A stretch of DNA of 64,000 nucleotides from a virus: the IMG/VR virus record IMGVR_UViG_3300021963_000037, positions 1 to 64,000 of that record; one strand, 5' to 3'. Of this stretch, positions 27,938 to 36,891 are shown in pieces; positions within the stretch are counted from its first letter, which is position 1, and each line of letters starts with the position of its first letter. The notes under the pieces are model-generated. The model saw only the letters and a list, made by a program, of their open reading frames with translations, did not search any database and was not told where the DNA came from. The position numbers and the translations under genes were made by a program.

Positions 27938-28630
27938 ATGACTACAAGAAAAGGTAAAACATCAAGTTCTCAAAACGTTGAACAATCTTTAAACAAAATT
28001 TATTTAAAAGAATCACAACAAGGATATGTAGATACAATCCTTAAAAATCAAGTTACCTTTTGCTACGGTCCGGCTGGAACTTCAAAAACTTTTTCAGCAT
28101 GCTATGCCGCAATTAAGTTGCTTAAAGAAAAGAAAATCAAAAGAATTATTTTAACTAAACCTATTCAGGAAGCTGGTGAAAAACTAGGTTTCTTACCTGG
28201 TACAATTGACGAAAAGATTGCACCTTATATCAAATCATTTACTTCAAATATTGAGAAGATTATTGGATTCTCTGAAGCCCATATTTTATTAGGATCTGGT
28301 GCTGTAGAATTTCAACCTCTTGCTTATATGAGAGGAGATACATTTGACGATGCTATTATGATTCTAGATGAAGCTCAAAATGCCGATTGGAAACAGCTAA
28401 TGTTGTTTATTACTCGTATGGGAGAGTCTAGTAAAGTTGTAATTGCAGGAGACGTTAGTCAATATGATATTGAACGTAGTAAAGTTTCTCTGCCTCAGTT
28501 CATCGAGCTGATGACAGGCGTTAAAGGAGTTGGTGTCCATCAATTTGGTGAAAGTGATATTGTTCGAGCAGAAATCTTACAAGAGATTGTACGACGATAT
28601 GAAAAATGGAAGTACGACAATAACAAGTAA
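27938..28630 (+). CDS. phoH: PhoH-like ATPase
   Basis: GPAGTSKT, LGFLPG, AYMRG, LDEAQN, GDVSQ. Confidence 0.93.
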   Translation: MTTRKGKTSSSQNVEQSLNKIYLKESQQGYVDTILKNQVTFCYGPAGTSKTFSACYAAIKLLKEKKIKRIILTKPIQEAGEKLGFLPGTIDEKIAPYIKSFTSNIEKIIGFSEAHILLGSGAVEFQPLAYMRGDTFDDAIMILDEAQNADWKQLMLFITRMGESSKVVIAGDVSQYDIERSKVSLPQFIELMTGVKGVGVHQFGESDIVRAEILQEIVRRYEKWKYDNNK

Positions 28631-28639
28631 TTGAATTAA

Positions 28640-28666
28640 TAAACTTTTTGATTAAAGCCCATATAA
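28640..28666 (+). promoter_or_regulatory. class B promoter
   Basis: TAAAC-17 nt-TATAA. Confidence 0.6.
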
Positions 28667-28694
28667 TTTGTATGTTTAACGATATCCAAAATAT

Positions 28695-29111
28695 ATGGGC
28701 TTTTCTTATTTTAAAAGACTTTTAAAGAGGTCAAAGGTTAAATTGGCTAGAATTAGCACTAGCCGATTTAGTGGAAAAATGGACAAAGATACAGCAATGA
28801 TGTATGCTATTGTTCGTGCTATGTCAAAACACCCCAAGACTAAGTTCTTAACAGCTCCTATTAGTCAGACATACTACTTAGAAAATAAAGAATTAGAATA
28901 TTTTATTGTCGTCGATTATGACAATATTAGAATTACTAATCATAAATTCTTTGCTTCTAAACACATCAATAGTAATGATGGAGACAAGATTATTAATTAC
29001 ATCAAAACTCATATTGAAGGTATTCGTAAAGAGATGGAAACTGAAATTTTTAAAAATCAGTCAGCTCTTTATAAGAATATCTACGAAAGCTTAACACAAC
29101 ATTCTAAATAA
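28695..29111 (+). CDS. hypothetical protein
   Basis: 138-aa basic ORF. Confidence 0.75.
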   Translation: MGFSYFKRLLKRSKVKLARISTSRFSGKMDKDTAMMYAIVRAMSKHPKTKFLTAPISQTYYLENKELEYFIVVDYDNIRITNHKFFASKHINSNDGDKIINYIKTHIEGIRKEMETEIFKNQSALYKNIYESLTQHSK

Positions 29112-29116
29112 CAAAT

Positions 29117-29746
29117 ATGCAAATATTACTTAAACCAAAGTACAATACCGATTCTAATTTAACCGAGATTGGCGTAGATGAAGCAGGAAGAGGAGCATTG
29201 GCTGGTCCAGTAACTGTGGCAGCATGCATTATGCCTGCCGATTTTCAACACCCATTAGTTAAGGATTCTAAAGTTCTTTCAGAAGCTCAAAAGAAACAAG
29301 CATATCAAATTGTAAAAGATAATGCGCTAGCCTATTCAGTAGTTCATGTTGATATTAATCACATTGAGGAAATGAATATCCTAAAAGCAACTCTACATGG
29401 TATGAATTTAGCTTTAGAAAATGTTCAACAAGAAAAAGATTTTGATTTTGTCTTAATAGATGGAGACCAGTTTCATGGTTACAAAGACAAGAGTTATACC
29501 ACTATTGTTGGTGGAGATAACAAATATACTTCTATTGCAGCAGCTTCTATCTTAGCTAAAGTTGAAAGAGACAATCTTATGAAAGAATTGAATGAAAATG
29601 ATTCTAACAAACCGTATGGTTGGGCTTCTAATAAAGGATATGGAACTAAGCAACATATTACGGCAATTCAAGAAATTGGTCCTTCAGTAGAACATAGACC
29701 TAGTTTCATATCACACTTACTTACTAAAACAGAATCCCTATTTTGA
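29117..29746 (+). CDS. rnhB: ribonuclease HII
   Basis: GVDEAGRG, DSK, IDG, AAASILAKV.RD, KGYGT. Confidence 0.95.
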   Translation: MQILLKPKYNTDSNLTEIGVDEAGRGALAGPVTVAACIMPADFQHPLVKDSKVLSEAQKKQAYQIVKDNALAYSVVHVDINHIEEMNILKATLHGMNLALENVQQEKDFDFVLIDGDQFHGYKDKSYTTIVGGDNKYTSIAAASILAKVERDNLMKELNENDSNKPYGWASNKGYGTKQHITAIQEIGPSVEHRPSFISHLLTKTESLF

Positions 29747-30087
29747 GACATTTAATCTATGGAATTCTATTATTTACCCTTGGCCAATCTTTAGTTTGGT
29801 TTCAGACTAATGGTCAATTTGTTTGGCCATGGGTTAAAAAGAATACTTTTCTAGTTGCTCTATTTGGTGGATTTATAATTTCATACATTTTTATTACTGC
29901 AACTCGAGAAGTGGTTGTCTATTATGAAGGAGCTCTTTGGCCCGGCAGATTTATTGGATTTGCAACCGGTATGATTGCCTTCTCAGCACTAACTTATATC
30001 TTTATGAGCGAAGGTATTAATAGCAAGACTCTAGTTTCTTTAGGTCTGGCAGTAGCTCTCATCTGCGTCCAGCTCTTCTGGAAATAA
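29743..30087 (+). CDS. small membrane protein with about four TM segments
   Basis: Hydrophobic segments; TTG start overlapping the rnhB stop. Confidence 0.75.
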   Translation: MRHLIYGILLFTLGQSLVWFQTNGQFVWPWVKKNTFLVALFGGFIISYIFITATREVVVYYEGALWPGRFIGFATGMIAFSALTYIFMSEGINSKTLVSLGLAVALICVQLFWK

Positions 30088-30159
30088 TTGTTAATAACTT
30101 TTTGAAAATAATTCACTCGGCATTTTTTAATGTCGAGTTTTTTGTTTATATTTACATAT
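30088..30159 (+). promoter_or_regulatory. TTGTTAATAACTTTTTG box plus class A promoter
   Basis: Box at 30088-30104; promoter 17-mer at 30143-30159. Confidence 0.7.
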
Positions 30160-30176
30160 AATAAAAAAATAACAAA

Positions 30177-30458
30177 ATGACTAGAAGATTAAAAAAAGGA
30201 CAACACGGTTGGATCACTCAGGAAATCTTAGATTTCGTATATTTTAATGGTGAAGTTTCTTATAAAGAAATGGACACTCATTATCTAATGGTTTGCCAGG
30301 GAAAACCAGCTTATCAGAGAAGCAGCTCTTTCAATCATCATTTAGTTAACCTTACTAAGCCATCAACAAGACGTAGATGCCGTAGGTTCTTAATTAAAGG
30401 TGATAATGGTAAGTACACTGTTGGATACGCGTTTTCATCAACCGATCTTTATAAATAA
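30177..30458 (+). CDS. hypothetical protein
   Basis: 93-aa ORF after class A motif. Confidence 0.75.
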   Translation: MTRRLKKGQHGWITQEILDFVYFNGEVSYKEMDTHYLMVCQGKPAYQRSSSFNHHLVNLTKPSTRRRCRRFLIKGDNGKYTVGYAFSSTDLYK

Positions 30459-30459
30459 T

Positions 30460-30521
30460 TTGTTAATAACTTTTTGTAAAAAAGTTTTACCATTTGAAAA
30501 ATTATGTTTATATTTACATAT
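30460..30521 (+). promoter_or_regulatory. TTGTTAATAACTTTTTG box plus class A promoter
   Basis: Box at 30460-30476; promoter 17-mer at 30505-30521. Confidence 0.7.
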
Positions 30522-30538
30522 CATCAAATTTAAACCTT

Positions 30539-30724
30539 ATGACATTAACTAAAATTACAAATCTTTTTAAAAGAAAAAAAGAATCTCATGGAGAACCAGC
30601 AAATTTACCAAAACCTGGAGAAATTCGAGTACAGAGAGTTGTTATGGCTTCTCAACAAGTAGATTTTAATACATGGGCTAATCACATTCATTCAACAGTA
30701 AGAAACAATCATTATGGAAAATAA
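30539..30724 (+). CDS. hypothetical protein
   Basis: Start moved to ATG 30539, downstream of the promoter motif. Confidence 0.65.
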   Translation: MTLTKITNLFKRKKESHGEPANLPKPGEIRVQRVVMASQQVDFNTWANHIHSTVRNNHYGK

Positions 30725-31241
30725 AGTTAAAAAGTACATCGACGAAATTAGAAAAGATTATCAACTGGATCCTACAAATTCTGAATATTGTGGATTTATA
30801 AATATCGATCCATCTCAATCTGGAGAGGACACAGAAGTTGCTCTAGAATTAGTAAAGAATTGGCAGAAATATGAATCTTATTTAGAAGAACAAGATCTTT
30901 ATTTTGAATCAAGACCTTGGGAAGAGGAAATGGTTATTGCTGAAATCTGTATAAAAACTGATGGACATAATTCTAATGGAACTTCTCTACAAGGTTATTT
31001 AAGAGGTTATACGTATAGCCAATTGGTAGAAGCTTTTGGTAAACCAACTTACGAAGAAGCTAGTGGAGATGATAAAGTTCAATTTGAATGGGAATTTAGT
31101 TACAAAGGAGAACCATTTACTCTTTATGATTGGAAAACTTATGATCGTAATTATTCTATGACTGAATTAACAACATGGAATATTGGTGGTAAATCTTACT
31201 ATGGAGATTTTCACACTTGGCTAGAAAATAAATTGAATTAA
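30714..31241 (+). CDS. hypothetical protein
   Basis: 175-aa ORF; GTSLQG, FTLYDWK, WNIGG. Confidence 0.75.
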   Translation: MENKVKKYIDEIRKDYQLDPTNSEYCGFINIDPSQSGEDTEVALELVKNWQKYESYLEEQDLYFESRPWEEEMVIAEICIKTDGHNSNGTSLQGYLRGYTYSQLVEAFGKPTYEEASGDDKVQFEWEFSYKGEPFTLYDWKTYDRNYSMTELTTWNIGGKSYYGDFHTWLENKLN

Positions 31242-31262
31242 ATTTTTTACTGTCAAGAAAAT

Positions 31263-31279
31263 TGATTATATTTACATAT
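31263..31279 (+). promoter_or_regulatory. class A promoter motif (one mismatch)
   Basis: TGATTATATTTACATAT. Confidence 0.7.
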
Positions 31280-31297
31280 CATAAACAAATAAACAAA

Positions 31298-31702
31298 ATG
31301 AAAAAAATCGACGTAACAAAAGTACACGCAAACGGAATATCAGGTAGAAATCCATGGCCTCAAGTTAGTAGAATTACACCAATTATTGAAACAGCTCTTA
31401 GTGTTTTTAGAATGAGATATACTACTGATGAAATCTTAGGACAAATTGCAAATGGAGATCCCTATGCCGATTTATATGCAGGTACTCGATTCTCAAACAA
31501 CGATCAAGTTGCAACTAGAATACTTTCTGCAGTAAATGAACACGCTTTTACCTTAACTGATAATGCTGAAGAAGCTCATCAAATCATTTATGACTTCTTT
31601 GAAAATATTAGTGGCAAAGAAATGGACACCCTTATTTTTGATGGACTAAGATGTTGCGCCGGAGCAGATCATTGGTATAAATTTGAGAAACAATGGGACT
31701 AA
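31298..31702 (+). CDS. hypothetical protein
   Basis: Start moved to ATG 31298 after the A-rich leader. Confidence 0.75.
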   Translation: MKKIDVTKVHANGISGRNPWPQVSRITPIIETALSVFRMRYTTDEILGQIANGDPYADLYAGTRFSNNDQVATRILSAVNEHAFTLTDNAEEAHQIIYDFFENISGKEMDTLIFDGLRCCAGADHWYKFEKQWD

Positions 31703-31718
31703 TCATTTGTATAATTAT

Positions 31719-31747
31719 AGGACTTGTCTTAGTATCAGGTCCTTTTG
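31719..31747 (+). terminator. probable intrinsic terminator
   Basis: AGGACTTG...CAGGTCCT followed by TTT. Confidence 0.5.
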
Positions 31748-31825
31748 TATTCGAACCTAGAATTGATAAATTGCCAGACAATTCTAAACTTAAAAATTGG
31801 TGGCGCAAACATATTATTGGACATT

Positions 31826-32749
31826 ATGAAGAATAGACTAGGTTATTGCTGTATCAATATGACCCTTCAAGAGCAGAAAGGTATTACAATTGGTCGTGGT
31901 ATGATTAAAAGAACTTTCGAACAAAAGGGAATTCAGTATGCGAGCGAACTAGCTTTACAGAATGTTCGTGACCTCATCGAAATTATCAAATGGAATAATC
32001 AACATGGTATCAAGCTTTACAGGATGTCTTCTGATATGATTCCATGGATGTCTGAGTATGAAATCAAAGATCTACCAGATTATACTAAAATCTCTAATCT
32101 TTTAAAAGGTGCAGGTAAAATTGCAATGGATGCTGGCCAAAGATTAACCTTTCATCCTGGTCATTTTTGTGTAATTGCTAGTCAAAATCCAGATGTTGTT
32201 GTTCGTTCTATCAAAGAACTAAATCAACATGGCGAAATCATGGATCTAATCGGTCTACCAAGAACTCCAGATGCTGCTATCAATATTCATGTCAATACCA
32301 CTGCAATTAGTAAAGAAGATTCTCTTAATCGTTTTATAAAAGCATTCGATACTCTAGATCTTTCTGTTAAAGAACGTATGACTGTTGAGAATGACGATAA
32401 AAAAGCTCAATATTCTACAAGTGATTTAGTTTATGGGTTATCAGCTCACACAGGAATTCCAATCGTATTTGACTACCATCATCATTGGTGTTATGAAGAT
32501 CCTATGTCACAAAAGGATGCATTGTATCTAGCAGCATCGACTTGGCCAGAAGGTATCAGACAGCTTGTTCATTATAGTTCATGTAAGAAAATCCACGAAG
32601 ATGCTTCAGTTGTAAATCGTGCCCATGCCGATTACATTTACGAGCAAATCGATTCGTATGGTCTTTCAATTGATATTGACCTAGAAGCAAAAGCCAAAGA
32701 AAAAGCTCTAATAAATTATATTAGAAAGTATGAAACAATCTTAATTTAA
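31826..32749 (+). CDS. uvsE: UV-damage endonuclease UvsE/UvdE
   Basis: RLGYCC, YRMSS, FHPGHF, INIH, VENDD, FDYHHH, HAD, EAKAKE; start set to ATG 31826. Confidence 0.93.
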   Translation: MKNRLGYCCINMTLQEQKGITIGRGMIKRTFEQKGIQYASELALQNVRDLIEIIKWNNQHGIKLYRMSSDMIPWMSEYEIKDLPDYTKISNLLKGAGKIAMDAGQRLTFHPGHFCVIASQNPDVVVRSIKELNQHGEIMDLIGLPRTPDAAINIHVNTTAISKEDSLNRFIKAFDTLDLSVKERMTVENDDKKAQYSTSDLVYGLSAHTGIPIVFDYHHHWCYEDPMSQKDALYLAASTWPEGIRQLVHYSSCKKIHEDASVVNRAHADYIYEQIDSYGLSIDIDLEAKAKEKALINYIRKYETILI

Positions 32750-32758
32750 TCCATATAA
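32732..32758 (+). promoter_or_regulatory. class B promoter
   Basis: GAAAC-17 nt-TATAA. Confidence 0.6.
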
Positions 32759-32780
32759 TTCAGTAAATAAATCAATTTAT

Positions 32781-33014
32781 ATGTCATCTCTAAAAGTAGA
32801 AGCGTTAAAGGCCAGATATGAAGCGCAAAAGAAAGAAGCACTGGCAACTCTGGAAATATATTATGGTAATTCAGTCGGTATTGGTGAACACCCTCAAGTC
32901 ATTGACGAAATGGACAAACTAGTACGAAAAGTTAGCGAAGCTAATGACCTAATTGCGACCTTGGAAACATTATTTATTGCTACTGCAGTAGAAGAGCCTA
33001 AAAAACCAGAGTAA
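32781..33014 (+). CDS. hypothetical phage protein
   Basis: 77-aa ORF with VGIGEHP motif. Confidence 0.75.
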   Translation: MSSLKVEALKARYEAQKKEALATLEIYYGNSVGIGEHPQVIDEMDKLVRKVSEANDLIATLETLFIATAVEEPKKPE

Positions 33015-33034
33015 TTTGCATCTCACATGATGAC

Positions 33035-33061
33035 AAGGGATCCGAAAGGATCCCTTTTTTT
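33035..33061 (+). terminator. intrinsic terminator with GAAA loop
   Basis: AAGGGATCC-GAAA-GGATCCCTT followed by a T run. Confidence 0.9.
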
Positions 33062-33094
33062 ATGAATATATAAAGAAATCAAAAACAATTTTAT

Positions 33095-33367
33095 ATGACA
33101 GTAATTATTATTTTAGCGGCTCTGATCGCACTAGCATGGTACCTTTCAAAGAAATTTGTTGCTCCTAAGCAATCTAATGAAGACTTTTTTAAAATATCAG
33201 AAGATGACATCATCAATGATATTCCAACAATCTCAAATGTTGAGAAAGCACCTAAAATGAAAGCTACTCCGAAAAAGAAAAAAGAGACTAAATCTGAATT
33301 TCCAATCGAACCACATCATGAAACGGTTAAACCAAAGAGAAAATACAATAAAAAGCCTAAAGCTTAA
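33095..33367 (+). CDS. N-terminally membrane-anchored Lys-rich protein
   Basis: Hydrophobic N-terminus followed by a basic tail. Confidence 0.7.
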   Translation: MTVIIILAALIALAWYLSKKFVAPKQSNEDFFKISEDDIINDIPTISNVEKAPKMKATPKKKKETKSEFPIEPHHETVKPKRKYNKKPKA

Positions 33368-33401
33368 TATATACTACATAATCTAAAAAAATTAAATTAA
33401 A

Positions 33402-33884
33402 ATGAGATATAAATCATTTGATCAGTTCGTATCTGAAATGGATCGTTCTGAAGAAGTAGAAAAAGAAATTACAGACTTAGGTACTCCTGATAAAAAGGAT
33501 ATTGAAGAAACTGAAGCTGAAGCCGACAAGGTTCAAACTAACGAAGCTGAAGAAAAGCCAGAAGGCGAAGAAGCTAAAGAAGAGGAAATCGAAGAAATGG
33601 TTTCTGAAATTTTAGAAAAATGCTACGAAAAAGTAGTTAAAGAAGCTAAAGCATGGGAAACTGATGCACATGACGATCATACTATTGAAACTTATATGTG
33701 TGAAAATGCTGCTCTAGTTGCTGGTCTTTCTGCAAAAGCAATAAAAGATTGTAAAGAAGAGTTTGGTTTAGAAGCTTACGAAGCAGCTCTTAATATGGTT
33801 AAAGAAGCTTTCTCTAAGAAAATCGAAGAGATTAAATTGGCTGAAAGCGGTCATGCAGCTGAAGAAGCAGCAGAAGGCGAATAA
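33402..33884 (+). CDS. acidic putative internal head/scaffold protein
   Basis: MRYKSFDQFVSE N-terminus; Glu-rich; late motif upstream. Confidence 0.6.
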   Translation: MRYKSFDQFVSEMDRSEEVEKEITDLGTPDKKDIEETEAEADKVQTNEAEEKPEGEEAKEEEIEEMVSEILEKCYEKVVKEAKAWETDAHDDHTIETYMCENAALVAGLSAKAIKDCKEEFGLEAYEAALNMVKEAFSKKIEEIKLAESGHAAEEAAEGE

Positions 33885-33897
33885 TCCCTATTTAAAA

Positions 33898-33947
33898 TAA
33901 ACTATTTGATGGATCTGAATATAATTATTCAGATCCATTTTTATTTT
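33898..33947 (+). promoter_or_regulatory. class B promoter overlapped by a 13-bp hairpin/terminator
   Basis: TAAAC-17 nt-TATAA; ATGGATCTGAATA-TAAT-TATTCAGATCCAT then a T-rich tract. Confidence 0.6.
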
Positions 33948-33950
33948 AAT

Positions 33951-34388
33951 ATGCCGAGAATTCCGATAGACAAAATACACATGCAGATCGCATATCAAAT
34001 TGCGAAACTAAGTTATGCTGAGCGCCGAAAGGTAGGTTGCATCATTGTAAAAGATGGTCAAATTATCAGTGTTGGGTATAATGGAACTCCTCATGGATTC
34101 GAGAATGAATGTGAACATACTGATTCAATGGGACAGTGTGTTACTAAACGTGAAGTTCTACATGCTGAATCTAACGCAATTACTAAATTAGCAAAATCCA
34201 CTATTAGTTCGGTTGGAACTACTCTCTATACTACAACAATGCCTTGTTTCGAATGTTCTAAATTGATTATTCAAGCTGGAATATCCGAAGTTAGATATTG
34301 TGAAGAGTATAGAGATACTAGTGGAGTTGATTTATTGGAAAAGGCTGGAATTCCAGTCTACCAAGACATAGTCTGGAATAACGAATAA
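33951..34388 (+). CDS. dCMP deaminase
   Basis: KVGC, GYNG, HAESNA, PCFEC; start set to ATG 33951. Confidence 0.93.
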   Translation: MPRIPIDKIHMQIAYQIAKLSYAERRKVGCIIVKDGQIISVGYNGTPHGFENECEHTDSMGQCVTKREVLHAESNAITKLAKSTISSVGTTLYTTTMPCFECSKLIIQAGISEVRYCEEYRDTSGVDLLEKAGIPVYQDIVWNNE

Positions 34389-34403
34389 ATATAATATAAT
34401 ATT

Positions 34404-34616
34404 ATGGGATTTAATGTAAGGCACTATCCAGAGGATGTGAAGATTTTAGAGGACAAATTAAAGAATGAAGGTTCTCATTATTTTTACAACATGTATATTA
34501 AGAGAGTAGAATGTTGGATGGGATCTGAAAAAGGAAAAGAATCTGAAAGATTTATAGAAAAATTCATGAAAAAATATAATGAGTCCGACGAAGAATTCCA
34601 TGTTCTCGAAAATTAG
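34404..34616 (+). CDS. hypothetical protein
   Basis: 70-aa ORF beginning MGFNVR; ends TAG-TAA. Confidence 0.7.
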   Translation: MGFNVRHYPEDVKILEDKLKNEGSHYFYNMYIKRVECWMGSEKGKESERFIEKFMKKYNESDEEFHVLEN

Positions 34617-35205
34617 TAATTTTTTAAGAATGAAAAAAGAAGATAAAGAAAAAAGTATGAGCGAAGTTATTGAAACTCCTATTGTTGAAACAATCAGTAT
34701 TGAAGAAAAAGAAGAACCTAGAAAATTTCAATGGAAGAAAGGTGAAAACTTCGGATTTACCGTAGTACTTGATCGTGAAGATACTGAAATGTTGTACTTT
34801 ACAGATGGTTCTAGAATTTTTAAACATCTACAAAATGAATTTTTAGAAGAGATTCATGACGGTCAATTACCTTTTCCTCCTGCAAATGAGCGTATTAAAA
34901 CTGAAAAAAGAGTTGAGCAACCTGCGTTTGTTCAACCGACAGTTGCTGTACAGCCAGAAGTTTCACCATTAGAAAAACTTATAATCAAGTTATCTTCTAA
35001 AAATGTAGAAACAATAGATTTAAGTGTTGGTATTAATTTACCAAAAAGAGAAGTATTCTCAATGTTATTAGATAACAGTGATGAAACTCGCGAAGAAATG
35101 ATTGCTACAATCTCACAAATTGTGACATCTCAAATCCAGATAGATAAACTACAAAGTTATATTAATCAAGAAGTCGTTAACTATTTAAACAATTATTATG
35201 AATAA
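34579..35205 (+). CDS. hypothetical protein
   Basis: 208-aa ORF; start uncertain. Confidence 0.75.
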   Translation: MSPTKNSMFSKISNFLRMKKEDKEKSMSEVIETPIVETISIEEKEEPRKFQWKKGENFGFTVVLDREDTEMLYFTDGSRIFKHLQNEFLEEIHDGQLPFPPANERIKTEKRVEQPAFVQPTVAVQPEVSPLEKLIIKLSSKNVETIDLSVGINLPKREVFSMLLDNSDETREEMIATISQIVTSQIQIDKLQSYINQEVVNYLNNYYE

Positions 35206-35578
35206 TCCACCGAACAGACGTGAACGCCGTAACATGTATAAAAATGCCGGCATGCTTAAAGCAAAAGAACAATTGGGTACATCTTCACCAGTAAAACAAG
35301 AATGGTACAAGAAGATGAGAGAGGAGGGCGAGCGAATCCATGAAATGAACATGAGAAATGCGCAAGACCAAATCGAAAATCAATTACAAATTATCTTAGA
35401 TCGCCAAAAAGAAACATGGACAGAACTAGGATATAATGAGGCTGAAATAGCTTTATTAGAAGAATCTTGGACTTTGATGGCTGTAAAAGACAAAGAAACT
35501 TACAGAGAAGACAAGAAAAAAGCAAGAGAACTTAGTAAACAAGCTAATCAATTACGTTTAGCTAGAAAAGAACAATAA
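35198..35578 (+). CDS. hypothetical charged helical protein
   Basis: 126-aa ORF with NRRERR motif. Confidence 0.75.
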   Translation: MNNPPNRRERRNMYKNAGMLKAKEQLGTSSPVKQEWYKKMREEGERIHEMNMRNAQDQIENQLQIILDRQKETWTELGYNEAEIALLEESWTLMAVKDKETYREDKKKARELSKQANQLRLARKEQ

Positions 35579-35583
35579 TAGTT

Positions 35584-35910
35584 ATGCAAACTATAACAAT
35601 AGAACTAGCCGACAATGGCGTAATCAAATACGTATTAGAAGACAATGCAAATGCAGCGGGCGAAAGCTATAGTTCTGTTATTGTTTATGATTTTGAGTCT
35701 GAAAATTCAAGTGAAAACAAAATTAAATTTCTTTTAGAAGTTTCTGAAGATTGTGGACTAGAATTTGGAAGCACTAAAGACCAAGATCAAATAAAAATAA
35801 TCGCGGATTGGGGAGAACATTATAAGCCTTCTAAGGCTGAAATTGAAGAGAAGCTTGCTGAATTAAATAAGCAAGTTTCTGATCTTCAAACTCTGCTTAA
35901 TAAATCATGA
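35584..35910 (+). CDS. hypothetical protein
   Basis: 108-aa ORF. Confidence 0.75.
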   Translation: MQTITIELADNGVIKYVLEDNANAAGESYSSVIVYDFESENSSENKIKFLLEVSEDCGLEFGSTKDQDQIKIIADWGEHYKPSKAEIEEKLAELNKQVSDLQTLLNKS

Positions 35911-36311
35911 GTTTAATAATCGACTGTGTTTGGTCAGAACATAGAAGAGACTACGTTCGTTTTACAAAGGGACTAGAATCTAATTATGACACAATTATAG
36001 ATTACCATGCTATTTCAAATAAGCTGGCCAAATCCTGTCCTTATGGAGAGGAACCAAATCAGTCTGTTGTTGGGCTTCATATTTTTAAGACACTCGAAGC
36101 TACATTGTTATTTCATCAGGACCATAGAATCCTGTACTTATTAAAAAACCTAGAACCAGTAACGATTGCTAATCTTAAAGAGATCGTTACTGATTTCTAT
36201 TATCGAGAGTTTACATTTAATCTAACTATGATTAGTGAAACTCCTTTGACGAATGAAAACATATTGACACTTTTTGATGGTGTCACTCATTTAACAAATG
36301 ATAAAGCATAA
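35907..36311 (+). CDS. hypothetical protein
   Basis: 134-aa ORF with ATGA overlap. Confidence 0.75.
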   Translation: MSLIIDCVWSEHRRDYVRFTKGLESNYDTIIDYHAISNKLAKSCPYGEEPNQSVVGLHIFKTLEATLLFHQDHRILYLLKNLEPVTIANLKEIVTDFYYREFTFNLTMISETPLTNENILTLFDGVTHLTNDKA

Positions 36312-36891
36312 GATATTTACCAAAGGTGATAAAATCCATGCTCTCTTATCAAATAAACGTTTTCCAAACATTCTATTCCCGGTAAGAGCAATTATCTATG
36401 ATGTCAAGTTCGAAGAGAACATGCCAAGATATATGCTTAAAATCGACAAAATGTACGATGATGTTGATTTCCTAAAAAGATACTTTTTTGGGTTAACTTT
36501 TGACGGTAGTTTTGAAGGCAAACAAACTAAAATTAATTTAAGTCGCCGAGAATATTCTAAAGTAGAAGACCTTGAAAGACTATTCTCTGAAAAATGGGAA
36601 AGTTACATGTTTGCTGTTGATTCTATCTTTTGTGTTAAAACAAGAGTTGAACAATTAGAACTATTCAATAACCTACACGATTTCTTTATTGAGAAACATT
36701 TAAAAGAGCTTTATGAGCTCTCAAACCGTTCAGCCTATTCTAAAGGCAAATATTACTATCACGTTAAAGATGAGTTTGTAATTGCTCTTAAGAAATTCTT
36801 AGGCGAAAGAGCACCTGATCAAAAAGATTATTTTGATAAATTATTATATAGATCAGACTCTGCTGAACTAGATAAAATAGACAAGGGATAA
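36298..36891 (+). CDS. hypothetical protein
   Basis: 197-aa ORF. Confidence 0.75.
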   Translation: MIKHKIFTKGDKIHALLSNKRFPNILFPVRAIIYDVKFEENMPRYMLKIDKMYDDVDFLKRYFFGLTFDGSFEGKQTKINLSRREYSKVEDLERLFSEKWESYMFAVDSIFCVKTRVEQLELFNNLHDFFIEKHLKELYELSNRSAYSKGKYYYHVKDEFVIALKKFLGERAPDQKDYFDKLLYRSDSAELDKIDKG

